Positions 47,619-57,683 are shown, counted from the first letter of the stretch. The stretch: 64,000 bases of DNA from Chlamydiia bacterium (GCA_041688145.1 JBDNIV010000025.1:4047-68046), one strand, 5' to 3'. Program-made: numbers and translations. The notes: generated from the sequence alone by a model not told the origin.

Positions 47619-48216
47619 TTTTACACAGTTAAGATCTTTTGGTAGAGCTTCTAAGCCTGAAGAGTTTCCTAAGATGGCGCTTCCGCATATAGCGATTATT
47701 GGAAGGTCAAACGTAGGGAAGTCTTCACTGCTCAATCATTTGGCTAGACATAAGGGGCTTGCTCGCGCTTCAGGTTCTCCGGGTAAAACGAAAGCTGTCG
47801 ATTTTTTCATCGTCAAAGATAAGTGCTTAATAGTAGATCTTCCTGGATATGGTTATTCAAGAGTAGCTTCCAATTTAAAAAAAAGGTGGTCTGGGCTCAT
47901 CGATGCATATCTCCAAGAAGATAAGCTCGAATGTTTGCTTTTCTTGCTTGATGCAAGGCACGCTCCTTCTGATAAAGACTTAGCAATGTGGGCGTGGCTT
48001 AATGACAATGATATACCTTACCTTATTGTTATGACAAAAACAGATAAGCTAAAAAAAATAGAGATAGAAAAGTCAAAAGTGCAAATAGCATCTAGTTTGG
48101 GGCTTGACGCGGATCAAAAGTCGGATATTGTCTTATACTCAGTAAATAGCGGTGATGGACGCTATAAGTTGGTTGAGGCTTTGAAAAATAAGGTGGATTT
48201 TGGGGTTATTAGATAA
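47605..48216 (+). CDS. engB: ribosome-biogenesis GTPase EngB/YsxC
   Basis: G1 GRSNVGKSSLLN, G3 DLPGYGY, G4 TKTDK. Confidence 0.85.
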   Translation: MKEVDFTQLRSFGRASKPEEFPKMALPHIAIIGRSNVGKSSLLNHLARHKGLARASGSPGKTKAVDFFIVKDKCLIVDLPGYGYSRVASNLKKRWSGLIDAYLQEDKLECLLFLLDARHAPSDKDLAMWAWLNDNDIPYLIVMTKTDKLKKIEIEKSKVQIASSLGLDADQKSDIVLYSVNSGDGRYKLVEALKNKVDFGVIR

Positions 48217-48955
48217 AGAAGTATTTGTTTGTGTTGATTGTGAGTCGACGGGGCTGGACCCAAAAGAAGACCGCGTTATAGAAGTTGCGATTAAGCGCTT
48301 TACTTTTGAGAAAGAGCTCATGTCTTATGAGACGCTTATTAATCCTACACGCCAGATTCCTCAAGAGAGTACTGCGATTCACCACATCACACAAGATATG
48401 GTTAAAGATGCGCCTAAAGTACAAGAAGTGATGCCACGAGTTTTAGAGATGCTTTCGGGTGCTATTATTGTAGGTCATGGGATTTCTTTTGATATTAATA
48501 TCTTAGCCGAGAGTGCAAAGCGCTCCGGGCTTTCTTCAGGCTTCTTAAAAAAAGCAGTTTCTATAGATACACTTAGGCTAGCTAGGCTCTATGGGCAGAG
48601 TGGAACGAATTCTTTGCAGGGCTTGCGGACACATTTCAATATAGAAGATGAAGGCGCCCATCGAGCGATGGGGGATGTTATTGTGAACATTGAAGTGTTC
48701 AAAAAGCTTACAAAGAACTTCAAAACTACAAGGCAGGTACTAGATGCCTTGAAAAGGCCTATTGAGATGAAGGCAATGCCTCTGGGTAAATACAAAGGTA
48801 GGCTTTTTTCTGAAATTCCTGTGAACTACCTAACGTGGGTTTCGCATCAAGATTTTGATCAAGATTTGCTTTATTCGATTCGCTGTGAGCTAAAGCGGCG
48901 TAGACAAAGACAAAACTTTTCTCAGTCAAGTAATCCCTTTTCTCAACTAGATTAG
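48200..48955 (+). CDS. DEDD 3'-5' exonuclease (DnaQ/epsilon-like) fused to a C-terminal DUF3820-like module
   Basis: ExoI VCVDCESTGL, ExoII VGHGISFDINIL, ExoIII HRAMGDV. Tail MPLGKYKGRLFSEIPVNYLTWV. TTG start with AAGGTGGA upstream. Confidence 0.8.
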   Translation: MGLLDKEVFVCVDCESTGLDPKEDRVIEVAIKRFTFEKELMSYETLINPTRQIPQESTAIHHITQDMVKDAPKVQEVMPRVLEMLSGAIIVGHGISFDINILAESAKRSGLSSGFLKKAVSIDTLRLARLYGQSGTNSLQGLRTHFNIEDEGAHRAMGDVIVNIEVFKKLTKNFKTTRQVLDALKRPIEMKAMPLGKYKGRLFSEIPVNYLTWVSHQDFDQDLLYSIRCELKRRRQRQNFSQSSNPFSQLD

Positions 48956-49044
48956 ATTGGATATTTAAATTAAGTAGAGTTTAGCTTGTATATACACTAG
49001 AACATAGCTGAATAGCACAAGCCGTCAAGTATATAGGATAAAAT

Positions 49045-50238
49045 ATGAGAACACAGAAAAAGCTAGATGTAAAAGATAAAAAAACGCTTGTACGTGTGGA
49101 TTACAATGTGCCTATGTCAGAGGGTGAGATTGTAAGCGATGCGCGTATCAAAGCTACTCTAGAGACGCTTAGAGCGCTTATTGAAAAAGGCGCTCGTGTG
49201 ATTATCATAAGTCACCTAGGGCGCCCTAAAGGCAAAGTGAATCCTGCTCTCTCGTTAAAGCCGTGCGCAGAGCGCTTGCAGCAGCTACTCGGCCAGAAGG
49301 TCACTTTTATAAAAGAGTGCGTAGGTGAAAAAGCAAAAGCAGCAGTGAATAGTCTTGAATCAGGCAGTGTTTTGATGTTAGAAAATGCGCGGTTTTATCC
49401 TGGAGAAGAAAAGCCTGAAGATCATCCTGAATTTGGTCAGGCGCTTTTTGAGCTTGGAGACGTTTATGTGAATGACGCTTTTGCTGTTTCTCATAGGAAG
49501 CACGCTTCTGTCTATATGGTGCCAAAGCTTTTTAAAGAGAAAGCAGCCTTTGGTCTTCTTATGGAAAAAGAAGTGACTGTTTTAGGCAAAGACCTCATTA
49601 AATCGCCCAAAAGGCCTTTTTTTGCAGTGATTGGAGGGTCTAAGGTTTCTACAAAACTAGGTGTCTTAAAAGCGCTTCTTAATAAGGTTGATGGCCTTAT
49701 GCTTGGTGGCGGGCTTGCGTATACTTTTCTGAAAGCTCGAGGTGTTAAAGTAGGCAAATCTTTAGTTGAAGATGATTTTATTGATAAGGCTAAAGAGATT
49801 ATGAAGCTCGCCGATGAAAAAGGGGTAGAGCTCTTACTTCCTATCGACGTCCTTGCTTCAAAAAGCTTTGATGGCTCAAAGCCTGTTCAGTCTGTGGATT
49901 TAGAGGCGGGCATTGGTAAAGATGAAGAAGGGGTTAGCATAGGCCCTGGAACTCAAAACGCCTGGCTAAAAAAGCTTGCGGGTGTGAAGACAATTTTTTG
50001 GAATGGCCCCCTCGGCATCTATGAAATAGATGCTTTTGCGGGGCCAACAGAGGGGTTTGCAAAAGGTTTATCAAGCTTAGATGCTGTGAAAATAGCAGGC
50101 GGAGGAGACTGTATTGCAGCTATTGGCAAGGCAAAATTGGAAAGCGGCTTTACATACCTTTCTACAGGAGGGGGAGCCGCTCTTGAGTATATTGAAAAAG
50201 GCACCCTCCCAGGCATTGAAGCCATAAGAGGTAACTAG
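49045..50238 (+). CDS. pgk: phosphoglycerate kinase
   Basis: VRVDYNVP, ISHLGRPKG, NDAFAVSHR, GG.KVS.K, STGGGA.LE. Confidence 0.95.
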   Translation: MRTQKKLDVKDKKTLVRVDYNVPMSEGEIVSDARIKATLETLRALIEKGARVIIISHLGRPKGKVNPALSLKPCAERLQQLLGQKVTFIKECVGEKAKAAVNSLESGSVLMLENARFYPGEEKPEDHPEFGQALFELGDVYVNDAFAVSHRKHASVYMVPKLFKEKAAFGLLMEKEVTVLGKDLIKSPKRPFFAVIGGSKVSTKLGVLKALLNKVDGLMLGGGLAYTFLKARGVKVGKSLVEDDFIDKAKEIMKLADEKGVELLLPIDVLASKSFDGSKPVQSVDLEAGIGKDEEGVSIGPGTQNAWLKKLAGVKTIFWNGPLGIYEIDAFAGPTEGFAKGLSSLDAVKIAGGGDCIAAIGKAKLESGFTYLSTGGGAALEYIEKGTLPGIEAIRGN

Positions 50239-50285
50239 CTCTTTATTAAAGGGATAGTCTCTTTTGCGTTATCTACAATCTTTGA

Positions 50286-50314
50286 TTGATTTTTGAGCTA
50301 AATTGTGTTAGAAT
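50286..50314 (+). promoter_or_regulatory. sigma-70-type promoter candidate with extended -10, upstream of the Npt gene
   Basis: TTGATT (50286-50291), 17-nt spacer ending in TGT, TAGAAT (50309-50314). Implies a leader of about 140 nt. Confidence 0.45.
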
Positions 50315-50462
50315 GGTTGTTTAAACGAAAGGGCAAAAGGGGCTACAATTGACCCGCCTGCCACATGTGAGATCCATGAATCTATCGTTTCAAAAAAAAC
50401 CATATAAAGAGACTCTCTCTATGAGAAAGATGCTCTTGTGTGCGTTTGGGGGGCTATAAGGA

Positions 50463-52052
50463 ATGCCCGAGCTGGCTGAACCTGAATTTGGTAGGCTGCG
50501 TTCCTTTTTGTGGCCGGTTCATGCCCATGAGATGAAAAAGCTCGTCCCGATGCTGCTGATCTTTTTCCTAATCTGTTTCAACTACAATATCCTAAAAGCG
50601 GCTAAAGATGCCTTAGTGGTAACAGCTAAAGGCTCAGATGCTCAGGTCATTCCTTTTATTAAGACGTGGGCAACCCTTCCTGCAGCTTTTTTATTGACCC
50701 TCCTTTTCACTCGTTTAAATAACCGTTTCAGAAGAGAGCAGACATTTTATATTATGTCGGCAATATTCCTCGGTTTTTTTGCCCTTTTCATCACAGTGCT
50801 GCATCCGTTTGAGCAATCTTTACACCCTAATGCTTTTGCCGATAAGCTTACTCAAGTGCTTCCAAAAGGCTTTTCAGGCATGATCTCTATGATTCGCAAC
50901 TGGACACTTACAGCTTTTTACGTCGCATCGGATCTTTGGAGCAGTATTATGCTTCAGCTGCTTTTTTGGGGATTTGCTAATGATGTGACCTCTGTAAAAG
51001 AGTCAAAACGTTTTTATGGGATATTTGGTATTGGAGCGAACTTCTCTGGGGTGGTTGCCGGAGAAGCATCGGTCTTTATATCTAGGCTAGGAACTCTAAA
51101 GATCTTTCCTGGAATGGAGCCGTTAACTATTTCTTTGACTTTGCTGTGCGGTATTGTCATTGTAACCGGGCTCGGTTTCATGGGGCTATTTCGTAGGCTC
51201 AATAAACGTGTGATCCAACCTTCTTCTCTAAGTGAAGACTGGTCTGTAAGCAGCGCGAAAAAGCCAAAGCAAAAAATGTCTATGCGAGAAAACTTTGCTT
51301 GCTTAGCAAAGTCCAAATACTTGATATGCATTGCTGTAATTGTACTGGCTTATAACATCTCTATTAATCTCGTTGAAGTTCTTTGGAAAGATCAGGTGCG
51401 CCTGATGCTTCCAAATGCCGTAGAATTTAACGCCTACATGGGCCGTATTGTGACAATCACAAGTCTTATAGCTACAATTACGGCAATCTTTGTTTCAGGT
51501 AATGTGATTAGGCGATTTGGCTGGCGCTTCAGCGCTCTTATCCCGCCAGTTATTTTACTCGTGACTGCATTAGGCTTTTTTGGGTTTATGTTAGGTGAGC
51601 GCACAGGGGTAGGGATCTATGTCCCTATGATAGGTTCAGTTTCAGCTTTAGCTGTTGCGGTCTTTTTTGGCTCAGTGCAAAACTGCCTCAGTCGAGCTGC
51701 AAAATACACTCTCTTTGATCCGACTAAAGAAATGGCGTTTATTCCTTTAAGCTCTGCCGATAAGTTGCGGGGCAAGGCTGCGATTGATGGAGTAGGCTCA
51801 CGTTTAGGCAAATCAGGAGGGTCTTTGATCTATCAAGTACTCTTCTTAACGGTTAGCTCATCCATGGCAGCTCTAACACCGATTATAGGCGTTGTGGTAT
51901 TTACTCTTGTATTCGGCTGGATTGGAGCTGTACGCTCACTCGGCAAACGCTTTAATACTGAGACAGCTAAAATGGAAGAGAGGCATAAGCAATCTGCAAT
52001 TGAACAAGCAGGCGCTCAAACCAGTCAAGAGCGTGAGCCTGCATCTGTATAA
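50463..52052 (+). CDS. npt1: TLC-family nucleotide transporter (ATP/ADP translocase, Npt1-like)
   Basis: FGRLRSFLWPVHAHEMKKLVPMLLIFFLICFNYNILKAAKDALVVTA is the canonical chlamydial/rickettsial Tlc N-terminus. About 12 hydrophobic segments. Confidence 0.9.
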   Translation: MPELAEPEFGRLRSFLWPVHAHEMKKLVPMLLIFFLICFNYNILKAAKDALVVTAKGSDAQVIPFIKTWATLPAAFLLTLLFTRLNNRFRREQTFYIMSAIFLGFFALFITVLHPFEQSLHPNAFADKLTQVLPKGFSGMISMIRNWTLTAFYVASDLWSSIMLQLLFWGFANDVTSVKESKRFYGIFGIGANFSGVVAGEASVFISRLGTLKIFPGMEPLTISLTLLCGIVIVTGLGFMGLFRRLNKRVIQPSSLSEDWSVSSAKKPKQKMSMRENFACLAKSKYLICIAVIVLAYNISINLVEVLWKDQVRLMLPNAVEFNAYMGRIVTITSLIATITAIFVSGNVIRRFGWRFSALIPPVILLVTALGFFGFMLGERTGVGIYVPMIGSVSALAVAVFFGSVQNCLSRAAKYTLFDPTKEMAFIPLSSADKLRGKAAIDGVGSRLGKSGGSLIYQVLFLTVSSSMAALTPIIGVVVFTLVFGWIGAVRSLGKRFNTETAKMEERHKQSAIEQAGAQTSQEREPASV

Positions 52053-52086
52053 TAAAGCCAAGACTACATAACCAAAGAGAACCACT

Positions 52087-52392
52087 ATGACATTAGAAAT
52101 GATTACAGGATCTGATTTTGATGCTAAGACAGCTCAAGGTACCATCTTACTAGACTTTTATGCAGACTGGTGTGGCCCGTGTAAAATGATTGCGCCTATT
52201 TTAGAGAAAATAGCTCATGCGCGACCTAATCTAAAAATCTTTAAAATCGATGTGGATAAAGAGCAAGAATTGACTGCGCGTTTTCGCATCACGTCTATGC
52301 CAACACTTGTTTTGCTAAAAGAAGGCAAAGAGTCTAGCCGCCTTTTAGGAGCTCATCCTGAAGCTTCTATTATGAATCTTATTGAAGATTAA
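52087..52392 (+). CDS. trxA: thioredoxin
   Basis: DFYADWCGPCK active site, 101 aa. Confidence 0.9.
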   Translation: MTLEMITGSDFDAKTAQGTILLDFYADWCGPCKMIAPILEKIAHARPNLKIFKIDVDKEQELTARFRITSMPTLVLLKEGKESSRLLGAHPEASIMNLIED

Positions 52393-52431
52393 GCCTGTAA
52401 TTCGCCCATGAGAAGGGTAGGTTTCAATTTC

Positions 52432-52452
52432 AGGTGGATGCTTTGTCCACCT
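52432..52452. terminator. hairpin between convergent trxA and hydrolase genes (no U-tract)
   Basis: AGGTGGA-TGCTTTG-TCCACCT, a perfect 7-bp stem. Confidence 0.3.
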
Positions 52453-53486
52453 TACACTTCATCAGTACATGATGCGGCCATATCTTTCAGCCATTTAAAA
52501 GATGCTTTGATGATATCAGGCCGTTTTGTCACATAATGGTCCATATCTTCAACGCGCATATAAGTAATAGGAGCTCCAGCCTCTTTTGCCTTTTTTACAA
52601 AAGCATCTGAAGATTCTAGCAGCGTGTCTTGGCCTCCAGCTACAACTAAATAAGGCCTCGTAAGCTTAGAGTAATTAGGTTTAGAGTACGTGAGCGCATC
52701 TGCGTGATAGAGGTAGCTCATACCAAAGAAAGACTCTTCTGAGGTAGGGTTTTTTAATGTGGAGTGCATAAATTGAGAGTATTCATTTTTGGAACTTAAA
52801 GTGGATTTTAAGCCGTTGCAGTCAGAGCAATTCGAAAATTTAGATCCATGGGGGCAGGGCGGATCTTGCTGCATGATATTTTGTATAAATACCCACAGCT
52901 CATCATCCCAAGACCAATCTCCAGCTCCAGACCAATTGACAGTCGCAAGTGTGGAGGCGCTGTATGCCTCTGTTAGGGAGGTAACAAGAGGGCCTCCTTC
53001 TGAAACTCCGATGAAAATAAACTTACCATTCCAGCCCTCAATGGGATTTTTGAGCAGATAGTTTAAGACTGCTTTGTGGTCACTTAGGCGTTGAGATCGT
53101 GTGTAGTGTGAAAACCATTCATTAACATCTACTTCAGAACCATTAATGCCCCACTGTTCTACAGTCATTACAGCGGCATCTAGATCGATGCATTCCTCAA
53201 GAAAATAGCGATGAAGGTGGATGATGCTTGAAGCGCTTTCCTTAGTAGATGAACCTCCACATAAAATAACTAAGGGAAAAGATTTTACTTTTGGCTTGCT
53301 TACGTAATACAGAATTTGAGGATCTTTTGAATCAGGTCGATTTATACTAAATTTTGATGAGCTTGGAATGGTGTATTCAGAGGGGGCGCTTGTATATTTA
53401 TATGGAGTAATGTCGCTTTCGCTTGCACACGCAGAGCAAAAGAGGAGTAGTGAGGCTGAATAAATAAATTTTTCAACGAATTTCAT
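52452..53486 (-). CDS. putative secreted alpha/beta-fold hydrolase
   Basis: Signal-like start MKFVEKFIYSASLLLFCSACAS (ATG at 53486). Nucleophile-elbow-like GVSEGG, late D and H residues (EDMDHY). Family not resolved. Confidence 0.5.
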   Translation of the reverse strand: MKFVEKFIYSASLLLFCSACASESDITPYKYTSAPSEYTIPSSSKFSINRPDSKDPQILYYVSKPKVKSFPLVILCGGSSTKESASSIIHLHRYFLEECIDLDAAVMTVEQWGINGSEVDVNEWFSHYTRSQRLSDHKAVLNYLLKNPIEGWNGKFIFIGVSEGGPLVTSLTEAYSASTLATVNWSGAGDWSWDDELWVFIQNIMQQDPPCPHGSKFSNCSDCNGLKSTLSSKNEYSQFMHSTLKNPTSEESFFGMSYLYHADALTYSKPNYSKLTRPYLVVAGGQDTLLESSDAFVKKAKEAGAPITYMRVEDMDHYVTKRPDIIKASFKWLKDMAASCTDEV

Positions 53487-53605
53487 AGATAACCCATATG
53501 TTTTCTTGGGGGACAGCTTACTTAAGATGTGGGCAAAAATCAATGCAGAAATAGTATTTAGATAACGAGTTTTAAGCTATGAAACTAAGCTGGATAGATA
53601 GTCTT

Positions 53606-54085
53606 TTATTGAAGACTAAAGCTGCGCTTAGCCCATGAGGCATAGGTGACAATAGCTGCTGTGTTCGAAAGATTTAAGCACCTCACAGCAGACGTTTGTG
53701 GCAGCGTATAAAAGTGGTTTTCGAACTTTTCAAGAAAACAAGGGTCTAGGCCTTCTGTTTCACTACCAAAAATATAGATGTCGTCTTTTGTGAAAGGGAT
53801 CTCTGTGTAGATCTTTTTGGCCTTACTAGAAAAAAAATAGAAAGGCCTTTTCTCCTTTTCTAAATAATCTTCTAAGGAGCCAATCTTTTCCCATGAAACG
53901 TTTGGCCAGTAATCAAGGCCTGCTCTTTGTGCGGATTTTTCTGTTAGGCGAAAGCCCATAGGTTCTACAAGTACTAAATGGCATCCGGTAGCTGCACATG
54001 TACGTGCAATATTACCCGTATTGGCAGGAATCTGAGGGCGGTATAGAACAAGTGTGGGAGCGTTATTCGTTTGCGATTTGGACAT
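53606..54085 (-). CDS. trmL: SpoU-family tRNA 2'-O-methyltransferase (TrmL-like)
   Basis: LVLYRPQIPANTGNIARTCAATG, FGSETEGL, and a C-terminal trefoil-knot region LNLSNTAAIV. Confidence 0.8.
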   Translation of the reverse strand: MSKSQTNNAPTLVLYRPQIPANTGNIARTCAATGCHLVLVEPMGFRLTEKSAQRAGLDYWPNVSWEKIGSLEDYLEKEKRPFYFFSSKAKKIYTEIPFTKDDIYIFGSETEGLDPCFLEKFENHFYTLPQTSAVRCLNLSNTAAIVTYASWAKRSFSLQ

Positions 54086-54818
54086 TATTTACTGGAAGTA
54101 GAGGTTCTTCTTGGTAAGGGACGTTTGAAGCTATCAGTTCAATATCTATAATTAACAGTGCGTTAGGGTTATTGCTTTGTTCTCCATACGCTTTTTCAGG
54201 GTGAATGTAGAGAGTGCGCGCTTCGCCCTCTAACATGCCTTCCATACCTATGCGCATACCGGTGACCACCTCATCCAGGTGCAAAATAACAGGCTCATGA
54301 TTTTGAGCAATATTAAGAGGTGTTCCATCAAGCTTTTTTGCTTGGCACCTTACAAGTGCAGTTTCATGAGGTTTTAAGGCTTTGCCTGACCCCTTTTTAA
54401 TTTGCATGTACTGCACCTTGCCTGATTCCAAAGAGTGAACTTTAGGGAGCTTTGCTGTGCTAGCCAAAAAGGCTTCTGCTTCCTTAAGATTTCTCTCTGC
54501 AAGTTTGAGGTAAGCTTTTTCTTGGAGGTTTTCTAGAGCTTTTTCATATTCGACTTTACCTAGAGGAGTCTTTTTTCCTTCAAGCTCTTCTTTTAGCCCT
54601 TGTACAACCGCATCAGCATTGAGTAGGGAGAGCTCTTGATTCAATAGCTTTTTTGCCAAGTAGTGCCCAAAAGCTTTAGAGACCTCTTCAATAGGAGCCT
54701 CCTCATTTGAGTCTTGAGTAGTAGACGTGCTTGCTAGGGATGATTCAATTGGATTTGCAAAAAGAGTGTGTGCAGTTAGTAAAAGTGTAAGAAGTGAAAA
54801 AACAGTTTTTTTATGCAT
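54063..54818 (-). CDS. mip: FKBP-type peptidyl-prolyl isomerase, Mip-like, with signal peptide
   Basis: Signal peptide MHKKTVFSLLTLLLTAHTLFA, a long helical dimerisation-like region, and an FKBP domain (V..G...G...M..GE...LYIHPEKAYG). Confidence 0.8.
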   Translation of the reverse strand: MHKKTVFSLLTLLLTAHTLFANPIESSLASTSTTQDSNEEAPIEEVSKAFGHYLAKKLLNQELSLLNADAVVQGLKEELEGKKTPLGKVEYEKALENLQEKAYLKLAERNLKEAEAFLASTAKLPKVHSLESGKVQYMQIKKGSGKALKPHETALVRCQAKKLDGTPLNIAQNHEPVILHLDEVVTGMRIGMEGMLEGEARTLYIHPEKAYGEQSNNPNALLIIDIELIASNVPYQEEPLLPVNNVQIANE

Positions 54819-54929
54819 AACTCTTTCCTATGTTGTGAGGCAGCAGTTGAGCAAGTATGCCTTAATGTTACTTTAGCGGATTTGTCTTTTCTTCAGTACT
54901 CTAACTAGATTGCTGTAAAAAATTTTTAC

Positions 54930-55874
54930 TTAAAATCCGTAGATCTTTGACAAGAGCCATAAATAAAAAGGAATACCGAGCAAAATATTAAAAGGAAAGG
55001 TGACTCCAATAGCAAGAGATAAATAAATAGAAGGTTTTGCGCTTGGTATTAGAGTGCGCATAGCTGCAGGGGCTGCTATGTATGAAGCACTACCAAACAG
55101 CAACATAAGTAAAAAAGTATCACCGGCAGGTAAGCCCATCAGCTTGCATATCCCTAGAGATATAAAAGCTGCAATAATAGGAACAAGTAACGCTAGGATA
55201 AAAACAGATCGGGGAGCTTTTTTTAGATCAGGCAATTGTTTAGCAGCAAGAAGTCCGAGCTCAAGTAAAAACAGTGTAAGCATTCCATTAAAAATGCCTT
55301 CATAAAAGGTAGATATATTTAACCAGGCTGCATGTGATAGGCATAATCCTATGAGTAAACCGCCAATCAGTAGGATCACAGATTGGTTAGTGAAGCCATG
55401 CAAAAAAGAAGACTTGAGAGACTTCGTATTTTTTTTATACAGGACAATAGCTAAAATAATCGCAGGTGATTCCATAAGAGCCATGCAGGCTATCATATAA
55501 GGGCTGTAGGCCAATCCAAGACGATCTAGGCAAGCTATGCCTGTGATAAAAGTAACTGCACTTACTGAGCCATAAGATGAGGCGCAAGCTGCCGCAGTGT
55601 CTTTTTTTAATACCATTTTGAATAAAAAGTAGGCAATCAATCCAACAACAAGAGCACCTAAAATGGCAATTATGAATATGGAAATAGCTTCTCTGCTTAA
55701 GCCAGTTTGAGCGATATGAACGCCGCCTTTTAGGCCTAATGCGGATAAAATATACAAAGAGAAAAATTTTACTAGCGTTTCTGGAACTTCTAGGTCGGAT
55801 TTGATTAGCCTAGCAATCAAACCTAATAGAAAAAATAAGATGGGAGCAGAGAGTAAAACTTCTGAATAGATCAT
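54930..55874 (-). CDS. DUF897/SbtA-like (sodium-dependent bicarbonate transporter family) permease
   Basis: About 10 hydrophobic segments. N-terminal PILFFLLGLIARLIKSDLEVP......F..YIL.ALGLKGG resembles the family signature. Confidence 0.6.
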   Translation of the reverse strand: MIYSEVLLSAPILFFLLGLIARLIKSDLEVPETLVKFFSLYILSALGLKGGVHIAQTGLSREAISIFIIAILGALVVGLIAYFLFKMVLKKDTAAACASSYGSVSAVTFITGIACLDRLGLAYSPYMIACMALMESPAIILAIVLYKKNTKSLKSSFLHGFTNQSVILLIGGLLIGLCLSHAAWLNISTFYEGIFNGMLTLFLLELGLLAAKQLPDLKKAPRSVFILALLVPIIAAFISLGICKLMGLPAGDTFLLMLLFGSASYIAAPAAMRTLIPSAKPSIYLSLAIGVTFPFNILLGIPFYLWLLSKIYGF

Positions 55875-55937
55875 AAAAAGTAAGCGCTATGTTTATTGGA
55901 CTGTGTCCATTTTAAAAGCCCCTATTTTAAGAGTTTT

Positions 55938-57683
55938 CTACTTAATGGCAATACCAAGCTCATTAAGCTGGTTTATCGAAATGCTACTAGGAGCTTGCAT
56001 CATTAGATCAGCTGCTTTTGTCGTCTTAGGAAAGGCAATTACATCACGGATATGGTCTGTTTTGACAAGCAGCATCACGAGACGCTCTAAGCCAAAGGCA
56101 ATCCCAAGATGTGGTGGCGCTCCTAATTTGAGTGCTTTTAATAGGTAGCCAAACTTATCTTCGGCCTCTTCTTCTAGAATGCCGAGCATTTGGAAAACTT
56201 TTTGCTGCAGTACGCTGTCATAAATTCTCTCAGAGCCGCCAGCAACTTCATACCCATTAATCACTAAGTCATAGCCAGAAGAGCGCATGGTTGTTGGAGG
56301 CTCACCTATGTCACTTTTTAAGGGCGCTGTAAAAGGATGGTGCATTGCGTAATAGCGCTCCTGAGCAGCGTCCCATTCAAACATAGGAAAGTCAATGACC
56401 CATAAAAAGCGATAGACACCTTGAGGAATCAAATCTTTTTCCTGAGCAATTAAGCGCCTCAGATGATCAAACGCTTGGTAAACAGGTGCTTTTTGCCCAG
56501 CTCCAATGAGTAAGATGCCTTCATTTTCAATAAGAGCGCTCAGTTCATCTTGAATCGGAGCATCAAAAAATTTAAGCAAAGGCGATTTAAGCCCTTCAGC
56601 TTCTTTTTTTACCCAGGCAAGGCCACCTAAGCCAAAACCTTTTGCAAGCTCAGTAAGGCGGTCAATGTCTTTGCGGGAAAGGCTAGATCCTCCTGGGACG
56701 ACAATGCCTTTGATAATACCGCCACTTTCTAGCGCTTTTTGGAAGATGGCAGATTCGCAGTGTCCAAGAGTGCCAGACAGATCTTGGAGTTCCATCCCAA
56801 AGCGCATATCAGGTTTATCCGTACCAAAGCGCTCCATAGACTGTGCATAGGTAATACGCTCAAAAGTTTGTGGGATATCTAGTTCTAATGTCTCTTTAAA
56901 AACAGACTGCACTAATTCTTCTGCCAATGTGAAGAGGTCCTCTCGGGAGGCAAAACTCATTTCGATATCGATCTGTGAGAATTCAGGTTGTCGATCAGAG
57001 CGCAAATCTTCATCACGGAAGCAGGGTGCTATTTGGAAGTAGCGATCACACCCTCCAACCATGAGCAATTGCTTAAAAATTTGTGGAGATTGAGGAAGAG
57101 CATAGAAAGAGCCAGGATAAATCCTTGAAGGCACCAAGTAATCGCGAGCTCCTTCAGGAGAAGACTTACTTAAAAGGGGGGTTTGAATTTCTAGAAAATC
57201 TTTTTTACTTAAGAAATTGCGCGCAGATAAAGTCGCCTTATGACGCATTTTTAAATTTTCTAAAAGCTTACCGCGTCGAATATCTAAATAGCGGTACTTA
57301 AGCCTTACTTCTTCGCTCACGGTGTCGCTTTTCTGGTTTAACTCAAATGGAAGCGGCTCCGAGCCAGAAAAAAGTGTGATACTCTCCACAGCAAGCTCCA
57401 AATCACCATTTAATATATGTGGGTTGGCTTTTTCTCTTTTTTGGAGAATGCCTGTGGCTTGCACAGTAGATTCAAATTTAAGACTGCTTGCTTTTTTATG
57501 AGCCTCAGAATTAGGCGTAAAGGCAAGTTGTATGCTGCCATAGCGGTCCCATAAATCAATGAAAATAAGATGGCCTAGGTCTCGATGCCGCCTCACCCAG
57601 CCGCAAAGAGTAATCTGTTTGCCTACTGAGCTAGAAGAGATAGAGCCGCATGTGTGGGATCGAAGGGTTGTTTTTTCACTCAT
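55938..57683 (-). CDS. aspS: aspartate--tRNA ligase
   Basis: OB-fold start LCGWV.R.RD.G.LIF.DL.D, FRDED.R.DRQPEF.Q.D.E, HHPFT.P, GGSERI, G.PPH.G.A.GL.RL. Confidence 0.95.
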   Translation of the reverse strand: MSEKTTLRSHTCGSISSSSVGKQITLCGWVRRHRDLGHLIFIDLWDRYGSIQLAFTPNSEAHKKASSLKFESTVQATGILQKREKANPHILNGDLELAVESITLFSGSEPLPFELNQKSDTVSEEVRLKYRYLDIRRGKLLENLKMRHKATLSARNFLSKKDFLEIQTPLLSKSSPEGARDYLVPSRIYPGSFYALPQSPQIFKQLLMVGGCDRYFQIAPCFRDEDLRSDRQPEFSQIDIEMSFASREDLFTLAEELVQSVFKETLELDIPQTFERITYAQSMERFGTDKPDMRFGMELQDLSGTLGHCESAIFQKALESGGIIKGIVVPGGSSLSRKDIDRLTELAKGFGLGGLAWVKKEAEGLKSPLLKFFDAPIQDELSALIENEGILLIGAGQKAPVYQAFDHLRRLIAQEKDLIPQGVYRFLWVIDFPMFEWDAAQERYYAMHHPFTAPLKSDIGEPPTTMRSSGYDLVINGYEVAGGSERIYDSVLQQKVFQMLGILEEEAEDKFGYLLKALKLGAPPHLGIAFGLERLVMLLVKTDHIRDVIAFPKTTKAADLMMQAPSSISINQLNELGIAIK

